From contig CAZYAY010000006.1 of the NCBI GenBank assembly GCA_964646215.1, forward strand, positions 2,747-66,746: a DNA stretch of 64,000 nt. Direction: 5' to 3'. Positions 27,363 to 35,120 of the stretch are shown one piece after another; positions within the stretch are counted from its first letter, which is position 1; every line of letters begins with the position of its first letter. The notes beneath the pieces are model-generated. The model was not told where the DNA came from. It did not search any database and worked only from the letters and a program-made list of their open reading frames with translations. The position numbers and the translations under genes are program-made. Origin of the DNA: an uncultured Candidatus Kuenenia sp. Lineage in GTDB: Bacteria > Planctomycetota > Planctomycetia > Gemmatales > Gemmataceae.

Positions 27363-29054
27363 ATGAATTTTAAACTTTTGCCATCCATTCTAATAAGCTT
27401 TTTTTTAATGAATAATAATGTGCATGGGGAGCAAGATATGAATAAAGCTGCAAAAAGTTTTCTTGAAAAACATGAACTTACAATGCGACCCTTGGAAATT
27501 GCTGCCAATCTTGCTTGGTGGGATGCTAATACCACTGGAAGTGCATCTGCTTTTGAAAAAAAAGAAAAAGCACAAAATAAAATAGACGAGGCCCTTGCTA
27601 ATCCAGCGTTATTTCAAGAGATAAAGTCATTAAAAGATAATAAAGACAAGTTGACAGACCCGGTTTTATCCCGAAGCGTTGATGTTTTATTTTTGATTTA
27701 TCTTGAAAAACAAGTCCCTTTGGATTTACTCAAAAAAGCTTCATTTTTATCAAACAAGGTAGAACAAGCCTTCAATTCGTTCAGGCCGGTAATTCAAACA
27801 AAAGAAAGCACGGAAAATGATGTTCGAAACATTTTGAAAAACTCACTCGATTCCAACCTTCGTAAGGAAGCTTGGGAGGCTGGAAAAAAAGTTGGCAATA
27901 TTCTTGAAAAAGATTTGAAAGAGCTGGTAGCTACTAGAAATCAAATAGCTAAATTTTTGAAATTTCCCAACTACCACGATATGCAGCTTTTTTTAAATGA
28001 ACAAAATGGCAATGACTTAATTCAAATTTTTGATCAACTTGATAATCTTACCCGTGAACCTTTTCAAAAGATCAAAGAAGAAATTGATTCAAAGTTGGCG
28101 CAAAATTATAAGATTGATAAAAATCAACTGCAACCTTGGCATTATCATGATCCTTTTTTTCAGGAAGCTCCGGCAATCTTTGGATTGGATTTGGATGGCC
28201 CTTTTAAAAAAGCTGATTTAATTGGTTTGTCCCAGAAGTTCTATAAAGGTATTGGTCTTCCAATTGATCGGGTTATTGCAAATAGCGACTTGTATGAAAA
28301 AAAAGGTAAAAGTCCTCATGCTTTTTGTACCGATATCGATCGATCAGGGGATGTAAGAGTTCTTGCGAATGTCAAGCCCGATGATTATTGGGCTTCCACT
28401 CTTTTGCATGAATTTGGTCATGCTGTATATAGTTCAAACAACAATAATATTCCTGCATCTCTACCTTATCTTTTGAGGTCGGAATGTCATATTTTGACAA
28501 CCGAGGGTGTGGCAATGATGTTTGAGAGGTTGACAAAGCGATCTGTATTTTTAAAAGCCATGGGTCTAATTGTTGAAGACTCCGAAGGATTTGATTCTGC
28601 CGCATCTAAGAACCTCAAAAATCGATTATTGATTTTTTCCAGATGGTGCCAGGTAATGCTTCGTTTTGAAAAAGCGATGTATGAAAATCCAGACCAGGAC
28701 TTAAATTTGCTATGGTGGTCATTGGTGACGAAATATCAGGGGATTGCTAAACCTGATAATCGTAATTCTGCTGATTATGCTAGTAAAATTCACATTGTTA
28801 GTGCACCTGTTTATTATCATAATTATATGCTTGGTGAACTATTTGCCTCGCAACTCCATCATTCTATTGCAAAGGAATTGTATCCTGGGAAAAAAACAGC
28901 AGATGTAATTTATGAGGGTAATTTAAAAGTTGGTGAATTCATGCGTAAAAAGGTTTTTTCTCCCGGGAAATCTTTGTCTTGGGATGATTTGGTTAAGTTT
29001 GCGACAGGAAGTTCATTAAGTGCGGAATCTTTCTCCATGGATTTTAAGCAGTAA
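27363..29054 (+). CDS. Secreted gluzincin metallopeptidase, M2 (ACE-like) family, probable
   Basis: Signal peptide MNFKLLPSILISFFLMNNNVHG. The N-terminal AAKSFLEKHELTMRPLEIAANLAWWDANTTGS mirrors the ACE/ACE2 N-terminal pattern (A.W.Y.TN.T). HEFGH is followed by a downstream Glu (TTEGVAMMF). I cannot separate M2 from M3 without an HMM search. Confidence 0.6.
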   Translation: MNFKLLPSILISFFLMNNNVHGEQDMNKAAKSFLEKHELTMRPLEIAANLAWWDANTTGSASAFEKKEKAQNKIDEALANPALFQEIKSLKDNKDKLTDPVLSRSVDVLFLIYLEKQVPLDLLKKASFLSNKVEQAFNSFRPVIQTKESTENDVRNILKNSLDSNLRKEAWEAGKKVGNILEKDLKELVATRNQIAKFLKFPNYHDMQLFLNEQNGNDLIQIFDQLDNLTREPFQKIKEEIDSKLAQNYKIDKNQLQPWHYHDPFFQEAPAIFGLDLDGPFKKADLIGLSQKFYKGIGLPIDRVIANSDLYEKKGKSPHAFCTDIDRSGDVRVLANVKPDDYWASTLLHEFGHAVYSSNNNNIPASLPYLLRSECHILTTEGVAMMFERLTKRSVFLKAMGLIVEDSEGFDSAASKNLKNRLLIFSRWCQVMLRFEKAMYENPDQDLNLLWWSLVTKYQGIAKPDNRNSADYASKIHIVSAPVYYHNYMLGELFASQLHHSIAKELYPGKKTADVIYEGNLKVGEFMRKKVFSPGKSLSWDDLVKFATGSSLSAESFSMDFKQ

Positions 29055-29101
29055 TATTTTGACGGATATCGACGAAGTTATTATTTCAAAAAGGTAAAGG
29101 T

Positions 29102-30229
29102 ATGACTATCAAGAAAACCAAGTGCCAAGAATTCATAAAAAAAATAAGTCAGAAGAAAATAGATCCCCCGGCTTTGATTGATTCTTATTCTTGTAAAAAA
29201 CTCATTGATGATATTTTCCTTTCGTATAACGCGGGCAGACTTCGTGAGGCCTGTCGTATTTATTCCGACAAAATGCTTGCACCGGATTGTGTTGTGGGCG
29301 TTGCTCTTAGTGGAGCTCTTACCCCCGCAGGTTTGGGTATGTCTTGTCTTGTTCCTATGATTGAAGCTGGTTTTATTGATTGGATTGTTAGTACCGGGGC
29401 AAATATTTATCATGATACCCATTTTGCTCTCGGAATGGAGTTGCATCAGTCTCGGCCGGGCCTCGATGATCACCAGCTTAAAGCCCATAAGGTGATAAGG
29501 ATTTACGACATAGTTTTTGATTATGAGAATTTACTTGGTACTGATTTGTTTTTTCGTCAATTGAGTCGTGGTGAAGCCTTTCAAAAAACAATGGGTACTG
29601 CTGAATTTCATAACCTTGCTGGTAAGTATCTTTCTGCTCATGAAGAAAAAACAAAAAATAAAGGTAAGAGCTTTCTTGCTGCTGCTTATCGAGCTGGTGT
29701 TCCTGTCTTTACTTCGTCGCCAGGCGATAGTTCCATTGGGATGAATCTTGCCGCATTGCAACTTGAGGGAAATGGTTTATCCATTAATCCGCTGCTTGAT
29801 GTTAATCAATCAGCAGCAATCGTGTATGAGGCTAAAACTACCGGTAAGAGTGGCGTTTTGATTTTCGGGGGTGGTTCACCTAAAAATTTTATATTGCAAA
29901 CCGAACCACAGATTCAAGAAGTTCTTGGTCTTGAGGAGAAAGGGCATGATTATTTTATTCAATTTACTGATGCCAGGCCTGATACCGGTGGGTTGAGTGG
30001 TGCCACACCACAAGAGGCCATGACCTGGGGGAAAGTGGATGAAGCGCAACTTCCCGATACAGTTACTGCTTATTTAGATTCAACCATTGCGATGCCTTTG
30101 CTTTCCCTTTACGCACAGCAATCATGCAAGCCAAGAAAATTAAGAAGGCTTATGGATAAGTTGCCGGAATTGACCGGGAAGATTACGAAGATTTACTTGT
30201 CCAATAAAAATAAAAATCATGCTGATTAA
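29102..30229 (+). CDS. Deoxyhypusine synthase-like protein
   Basis: GALTPAGLG...GFIDWIVSTGANIYHD, SSPGDSSIG and GGGSPKNFILQ (the position of the catalytic Lys in eukaryotic DHS) match the DS family. Confidence 0.85.
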   Translation: MTIKKTKCQEFIKKISQKKIDPPALIDSYSCKKLIDDIFLSYNAGRLREACRIYSDKMLAPDCVVGVALSGALTPAGLGMSCLVPMIEAGFIDWIVSTGANIYHDTHFALGMELHQSRPGLDDHQLKAHKVIRIYDIVFDYENLLGTDLFFRQLSRGEAFQKTMGTAEFHNLAGKYLSAHEEKTKNKGKSFLAAAYRAGVPVFTSSPGDSSIGMNLAALQLEGNGLSINPLLDVNQSAAIVYEAKTTGKSGVLIFGGGSPKNFILQTEPQIQEVLGLEEKGHDYFIQFTDARPDTGGLSGATPQEAMTWGKVDEAQLPDTVTAYLDSTIAMPLLSLYAQQSCKPRKLRRLMDKLPELTGKITKIYLSNKNKNHAD

Positions 30230-31365
30230 TTTGATTGTGCTGCCGTTAAACCTTTTTCAAATGAACTTGTGATTTGCCCAATGGGTTCATGACCAACCGA
30301 AACTCGTAGTAGCCCCTCGGTAATTTTAAGGCTTAATTTTTGATCAGAGGTTAACTGCCTGTGCGATGTGCTCCATGAGTGACTAACACTTGTAGAGGAG
30401 TGGCCAAGGCTTGGGCAGAAGGGTATGTTTTTTGCTGCTTGCAAAAACTTATTCACGCCTTCCCTTCCATTTGGTATCTCAACAGCAAGCAAATGTCCGG
30501 GAAAATTACCGAGTTGCCTTGTCGCAATTTCGAAATCCTCATGATGTTTTAATCCTGGAAAATCCACACGCACATTTGCGTGGTTTGATTTTAACCAGTT
30601 TGCAAGTGCAAAAGCGTTTTTACAGCTTTGGTCTAATCTTAATTCCAAAGTTTCCAAACTTCGTGATATAAGCCAGCAATCAAATGGGCTTGCATGAAAC
30701 CCAATGTCTTTTACAGCTTTGGTTATATTTTCTTGTGTACCGTTTTTTCCGCCTACATATCCCATGGTTACATCACTGTGCCCACACATGATTTTTGTCA
30801 GACTCTCAATTACGATGTCTGCACCATGCTCCAGGGGTTTGCACAGTAATGGTGTTGCAAAAGTATTATCTACAACCAATAGTGTGTTATTTTTATTGGT
30901 GAGCGAACTTATTTCTTTGAGATTGGGAACGCGTAAAGTTGGGTTGGTAATGGTTTCAATAAAAAGAATCGATGCTGGTGTTGATAACGCTGATGATAGT
31001 TCATTAAGATTGCATTCATCGACAATATCGCATTTCACACCAAACCGAGTGAAGTCTTTTTCTAAAATCTTAAGCGTTCGTCCGTATAGTCTTTTTCCTG
31101 CGATGATTCTTTTGCCCGATGATAGCATGCCAAAGAAAACAGCAGAAATCGCACCCATCCCACTGCCTGTTACCGATCCCCAGTTTGCATTGTGCAATTT
31201 TGTAATTTCGTTGGATGTTATCGAGGCGTTTGGATGGCCGTCTCTTGCGTAAATGAATTCTTCACCAGGATTTAATATGGCTTCTTCATACTTATCAAGA
31301 TCCGAGAATTTATACACCGATCCTGGGTAAATAGAAGGGATAAGAGTGTTGGATTTTTGTAACAT
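30226..31365 (-). CDS. Cys/Met-metabolism PLP-dependent enzyme (cystathionine gamma-synthase / beta-lyase / gamma-lyase family)
   Basis: YARDGHPN, VVDNTFATP, and SLTKIMCGHSDVTMG (PLP lysine motif S-x-T-K-x-x-x-G-H-S-D). ATG at 31365 overlaps the upstream gene's stop as TAATG. The ORF track GTG at 31374 is the alternative start. Confidence 0.88.
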   Translation of the reverse strand: MLQKSNTLIPSIYPGSVYKFSDLDKYEEAILNPGEEFIYARDGHPNASITSNEITKLHNANWGSVTGSGMGAISAVFFGMLSSGKRIIAGKRLYGRTLKILEKDFTRFGVKCDIVDECNLNELSSALSTPASILFIETITNPTLRVPNLKEISSLTNKNNTLLVVDNTFATPLLCKPLEHGADIVIESLTKIMCGHSDVTMGYVGGKNGTQENITKAVKDIGFHASPFDCWLISRSLETLELRLDQSCKNAFALANWLKSNHANVRVDFPGLKHHEDFEIATRQLGNFPGHLLAVEIPNGREGVNKFLQAAKNIPFCPSLGHSSTSVSHSWSTSHRQLTSDQKLSLKITEGLLRVSVGHEPIGQITSSFEKGLTAAQSN

Positions 31366-32273
31366 TATTTCCACACCAATTTTTTTGCGGCTTTAAATAT
31401 ACCTTTGCTTTGTTCTGTTTTATTTGGGTTCATGCCTAATTTCATTAATTGGTTCAAGGTTTCATCCTCAGATTTTAAAGTGGTCTTTTGAAGATACACA
31501 AACCAAAATGATGCTGCAATGGAGCCATCAAGGTCGAAAACATAAATCGGCTGTAATGTTGAATTCTGAAGCTTTGAAATTTCAATGTTGATTCTTTCAG
31601 CACTTAAATTTGATTCTTCCAGTAGCAATAAATTCAACTTCATTCCGCGTTTTTCAAATAAGGAAACAATCGCATTTGTTTCCTGTGTTGAAGAGTGGAT
31701 AAATAAGGCGGATTTAAATTTTTCCTTAACCAGCCAATCGATGCCATCTGGATAAGGTAATAGCCCAACTGCCACCGAGTTATTTATTAATGAATAACCA
31801 GGAATATCTAAAGGCTGGTTTTTTCCAATTAAGTTTTTAGGTTCTCCATCTAATTTTGAAATTGGCGGTTCTTTTGATTCATTTGGTTTTTCTTCCGTTG
31901 GCTTTAACGTTGCGTGCCCCACTGCAGATTCTGGTGGGAGAAGTTTAATCACACCCGAATCTTGAGGCGTTTTTACTTTTTGAGAAATGGTTCCATTTGG
32001 ACTAGTATTTAAAGCAGGTGATGGGTTGGGTATCGGTACGTTAGGCCCAGGGGAGAATTGTGGCACTGAATCAGGCGGTGGAGGTGGAGGTGCTATTCCT
32101 GTTGGTGCTGGCGTGTAAACCGGAAGTGCCGTCGGCGGGCTATCGTTAAGATTTTTTGGGCTGCGCAATGTACCGAATAACTTAAAGCTACCAGTGCTCG
32201 GACGCTGAGATTGTTGATTGCAACCGGCATTTAATAGCAAAATTCCAAAAATCGTGATCACATGATATTTCAT
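31365..32273 (-). CDS. Hypothetical exported, lipoprotein-like protein with a Pro-rich linker
   Basis: AAGGGAG RBS precedes ATG 32273. The signal sequence MKYHVITIFGILLLNAGC ends in Cys. A Pro-rich tract follows (PPTALPVYTPAPTGIAPPPPPPDSVPQFSPGPNVPIPNPSP), then a C-terminal globular domain of about 150 aa that I could not assign to a family. Confidence 0.5.
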   Translation of the reverse strand: MKYHVITIFGILLLNAGCNQQSQRPSTGSFKLFGTLRSPKNLNDSPPTALPVYTPAPTGIAPPPPPPDSVPQFSPGPNVPIPNPSPALNTSPNGTISQKVKTPQDSGVIKLLPPESAVGHATLKPTEEKPNESKEPPISKLDGEPKNLIGKNQPLDIPGYSLINNSVAVGLLPYPDGIDWLVKEKFKSALFIHSSTQETNAIVSLFEKRGMKLNLLLLEESNLSAERINIEISKLQNSTLQPIYVFDLDGSIAASFWFVYLQKTTLKSEDETLNQLMKLGMNPNKTEQSKGIFKAAKKLVWK

Positions 32274-32407
32274 AAAAAGCTCCCTTTTTCGTTGAAGTAC
32301 CATTAAACCAAAAAACAATAGTATTCTTTTTTAAAATATTTACCTTAAAAGCAAATAACTTCAAAGAAATTAGGATTATGCAAGTTTTAACGGTGTTTAC
32401 TTCGATA

Positions 32408-32427
32408 AAACCAAATCAATTTGGTTT
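32408..32427. promoter_or_regulatory. Perfect 9-bp inverted repeat with a 2-nt spacer (AAACCAAAT-CA-ATTTGGTTT) in a divergent promoter region
   Basis: Read directly from the sequence. It lies about 110 nt upstream of xerD and about 135 nt upstream of the lipoprotein-like gene on the other strand. The spacer is too short for a terminator loop, so it looks more like an operator. Confidence 0.4.
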
Positions 32428-32536
32428 CCAGGGTTCTTGGCCCCATATTTTGATTTAAGTTTACATTAGCACCTAATAGAGAAAATATTCTTCCTTTACT
32501 ATTCTTCTTAAGTCTATTGGTGGCAATAGGATACAC

Positions 32537-33466
32537 ATGGCAAGTTTTAAAGAAACAATTGCAGACCTCAATGCTCAAATTACACTTTTTGGTTCTTTTT
32601 TAAAAACAGAGCGTTCAGTCTCAAAAAATACTTACGTAAGTTATTTGCGGGATCTTAAAAAATATTTTGAATGGTCTTTAGAGCGCAAAATATCCAAATG
32701 TATGAACCCATCTCTTGATGATCTTCTAAATTTTGTTGAGTTTTTGAAAGAAAAAGCGCTGGCCCATTCCAGTATTGCAAGGCATTTAATCTCATTAAAA
32801 AACTTCTTCCGTTTTCTTAGAATGGAAGAAATAAGCACAAATCAATCGGTCGAGCTATTGGAAGCCCCCGCCCTTTGGACAAGGATACCCTTTGTTTTGA
32901 GTCCTGAATCGGTAACAACTTTATTGGAATCTCCAAGCATTGAAGACCGTTATTTTTTGCGGGATAGGGCGATTTTAGAATGTCTTTATGCAACTGGTTG
33001 CAGAGTTTCCGAAGTTGTTAATATGGAACTTAAAGACCTTCACCTTGATTCCAGTTTTGTTACCTGCACCGGGAAAGGCAGGAAACAACGTATTGTCCCC
33101 TTGGGAAAAAAGGCTATTTTGGCATTGAGGGATTATTTGCAAAATTTAAGACCATTACTTGTGAAAATTTTAGCTAGCACGAGTATGGTGTTTGTAAGCA
33201 AAGCTGGTAAACCGCTCAACCGGATCATTATCTGGAAACAAGTAAAAAAATATGCTTTAAAATCCGGGCTAAACGGTAAAATAAGTCCGCATACGCTTAG
33301 GCATAGTTTTGCAACCCATCTTTTGTCAGGTGGGGCCGATCTTCGTGCTGTTCAAGATATGTTGGGGCATTCTAATATTCGAACCACACAACTTTATACC
33401 CATGTTGACAGAAATCGCCTTAAATCAATTCATTCCAAATTTCATCCTCGTGGAAATAAAAAATAG
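32537..33466 (+). CDS. xerD: Tyrosine site-specific recombinase XerD (XerC/D family)
   Basis: Catalytic motifs ATGCRVSEV (Arg), HTLRHSFATHLL (HxxR) and LGHSNIRTTQLYTHV (His...Tyr). The N-terminal SKNTYVSYLRDL resembles XerD more than XerC. Confidence 0.85.
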   Translation: MASFKETIADLNAQITLFGSFLKTERSVSKNTYVSYLRDLKKYFEWSLERKISKCMNPSLDDLLNFVEFLKEKALAHSSIARHLISLKNFFRFLRMEEISTNQSVELLEAPALWTRIPFVLSPESVTTLLESPSIEDRYFLRDRAILECLYATGCRVSEVVNMELKDLHLDSSFVTCTGKGRKQRIVPLGKKAILALRDYLQNLRPLLVKILASTSMVFVSKAGKPLNRIIIWKQVKKYALKSGLNGKISPHTLRHSFATHLLSGGADLRAVQDMLGHSNIRTTQLYTHVDRNRLKSIHSKFHPRGNKK

Positions 33467-33526
33467 AATGATTTTTACTTTAAAATTTGCTATGAAATAG
33501 TTAGTTCAAATATTATCTATGTTTCT

Positions 33527-33554
33527 TTGTTTAAATCAGACAGATAACTATAAT
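33527..33554 (+). promoter_or_regulatory. Candidate sigma-70-type promoter for the nuo operon (TTGTTT-N16-TATAAT)
   Basis: TTGTTT at 33527-33532 and a perfect TATAAT at 33549-33554, 54 nt upstream of the nuoA ATG. This is a pattern match only, in AT-rich DNA. Confidence 0.3.
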
Positions 33555-33607
33555 GATTTTAATGATGGAACATGCTGTTTTTAGATTTAAGAAAAGGCTT
33601 TAAGGTC

Positions 33608-34000
33608 ATGGATTTTGATCTTTCAACATATTACCCGATTTTTATTTACGCAGTATTTGTTTTCGGGTTTGCGATTTCCGCACTTACCGTTTCCCATATT
33701 TTTAGCCCCAATAAGAAGACTTCTATTAAAACCATGCCATATGAGTCAGGGATGGATCCGTTCGGAGATGCAAAAAAACAATTTGATGTTAAATTTTATC
33801 TTATAGCCATTCTTTTTCTTGTGTTTGATGTTGAGCTCTTATTTTTATACCCATGGGCAGTTTCAGCATATGCTCCTGGAATGGCTTCCTTGCCTTCAGT
33901 TTTTGTTGGTTCTGCTTTTGTTGAAGTACTTTTATTCATTTTTGTGCTTTTTATTGGTTATATTTATGCTTGGAAAGCGGGAGTATTTCAATGGCGTTAG
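33608..34000 (+). CDS. nuoA: NADH-quinone oxidoreductase subunit A
   Basis: PYESGMDPFGDAKKQFDVKFYLIAILFLVFDVELLFLYPW is the NuoA/ND3 signature. ATG is at 33608. Confidence 0.9.
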   Translation: MDFDLSTYYPIFIYAVFVFGFAISALTVSHIFSPNKKTSIKTMPYESGMDPFGDAKKQFDVKFYLIAILFLVFDVELLFLYPWAVSAYAPGMASLPSVFVGSAFVEVLLFIFVLFIGYIYAWKAGVFQWR

Positions 34001-34578
34001 AATTTTTAAAAGACAATTTTGTTGTCACTAAATTGGATTATCTTGCTAGTTGGTGCAGAAAATACAGCTTATTCCCCATGCCTTTTGCGACTGCTTGTTG
34101 CGGAATTGAATTAATGGCAACCGGTGCGAGCAAACATGACATATCAAGATTTGGTGCGGAAGCCTTTCGGTTTTCTCCCAGGCAGTGCGATTTAATGATA
34201 GTTGCGGGCAGGGTTGTAATGAAGATGGTCCCTGTTATGCAGAGAATTTGGCAACAAATGCCCGAGCCAAAATGGTGCATATCAATGGGGGCATGTGCTT
34301 CAAGTGGAGGGGTATTTGATACGTATGCCGTGGTTCAGGGGATAGATCGATTTATTCCAGTTGATATTTACGTGCCTGGTTGCCCTCCAAGACCTGAGCA
34401 GTTGCTGCAGGGGATAATTGATCTTCAAGAAAAAATAGCAAACACAGGTACTATTTTTGGAACAGAATTCGATAAACGGAATGTTTATGAGGGGCCAAAG
34501 CCACTCAGTAAGTTTCTTTCACCAGATCAAAGTGTTCAGGCACCTGCCAATTTCCGAAGTTCCACCAGAACAATTTAA
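33991..34578 (+). CDS. nuoB: NADH-quinone oxidoreductase subunit B
   Basis: CCGIELMA, MGACASSGG and GCPPRPE (the N2 cluster ligands). It overlaps nuoA by 10 nt. Confidence 0.96.
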   Translation: MALEFLKDNFVVTKLDYLASWCRKYSLFPMPFATACCGIELMATGASKHDISRFGAEAFRFSPRQCDLMIVAGRVVMKMVPVMQRIWQQMPEPKWCISMGACASSGGVFDTYAVVQGIDRFIPVDIYVPGCPPRPEQLLQGIIDLQEKIANTGTIFGTEFDKRNVYEGPKPLSKFLSPDQSVQAPANFRSSTRTI

Positions 34579-34599
34579 TTTGATTTTAAGGGGTTTACT

Positions 34600-35103
34600 T
34601 TGAGCTTTAGTGATATCAAAGAAAAGTTAACTGCTAAATTTGAAAATCTTAATCTGGAATTTTCATCTTTTAGGGATAACGAAAGGGTTGTTGTTCCGTG
34701 TTCACATGTTTTTGAGATTTTAAGTTACCTTAAGACAACCTTTTCTTTTGATATGCTCATTGATTTATCTGCCGCCGATTATCTGCATTTGCAAGGTGCA
34801 ACTCATCGTTACGGTTTATGGTACGCACTTTTAAACGTGGAAAATGGCGAAAGATTGATTGTAAAAACCCATCTCGATGATCCTGACCCTAGAATTTTGT
34901 CTGTTTATGATTTATGGAAGGGTGCAGATTGGATGGAGCGTGAAGTTTACGATATGTATGGGATTGAATTTGATGGGCACCCGGATCTTCGAAGGATTTT
35001 GTTGCCTGATGAATTTGTAGCCTTTCCTCTGCGTAAAGATTACCCTTTGCGCGGAATGGGCGAAAGACATAATTTTCAGTCGGTTATTCGTTCTGAATCG
35101 TGA
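34600..35103 (+). CDS. nuoC: NADH-quinone oxidoreductase subunit C
   Basis: WKGADWMEREVYDMYGIEFDGHPDLRRILLPDEF...PLRKDYPL. TTG start with an AAGGGG RBS. Confidence 0.93.
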   Translation: MSFSDIKEKLTAKFENLNLEFSSFRDNERVVVPCSHVFEILSYLKTTFSFDMLIDLSAADYLHLQGATHRYGLWYALLNVENGERLIVKTHLDDPDPRILSVYDLWKGADWMEREVYDMYGIEFDGHPDLRRILLPDEFVAFPLRKDYPLRGMGERHNFQSVIRSES

Positions 35104-35120
35104 TATTGGAGTAGGACTAA

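Noticed and set aside
30704-31252. 182-aa plus-strand ORF opposite the Cys/Met PLP enzyme gene
   Set aside because: The minus-strand frame contains the diagnostic PLP-lysine motif and full-length family similarity. The plus-strand ORF has no motif and overlaps that gene completely.
32408-32427. The 9-2-9 palindrome as a dif site for XerCD
   Set aside because: dif sites are about 28 bp, with two 11-bp arms around a 6-8-bp central region and a recognisable consensus. This element has a 2-nt spacer and no similarity to that consensus.
32537-33466. Tyrosine recombinase as the marker of an integrated mobile element or integron
   Set aside because: The sequence matches housekeeping XerD motifs. 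No flanking direct or inverted repeats, att-like sites, tRNA target, cargo genes or compositional shift are visible. The neighbours are core genes of the nuo operon.
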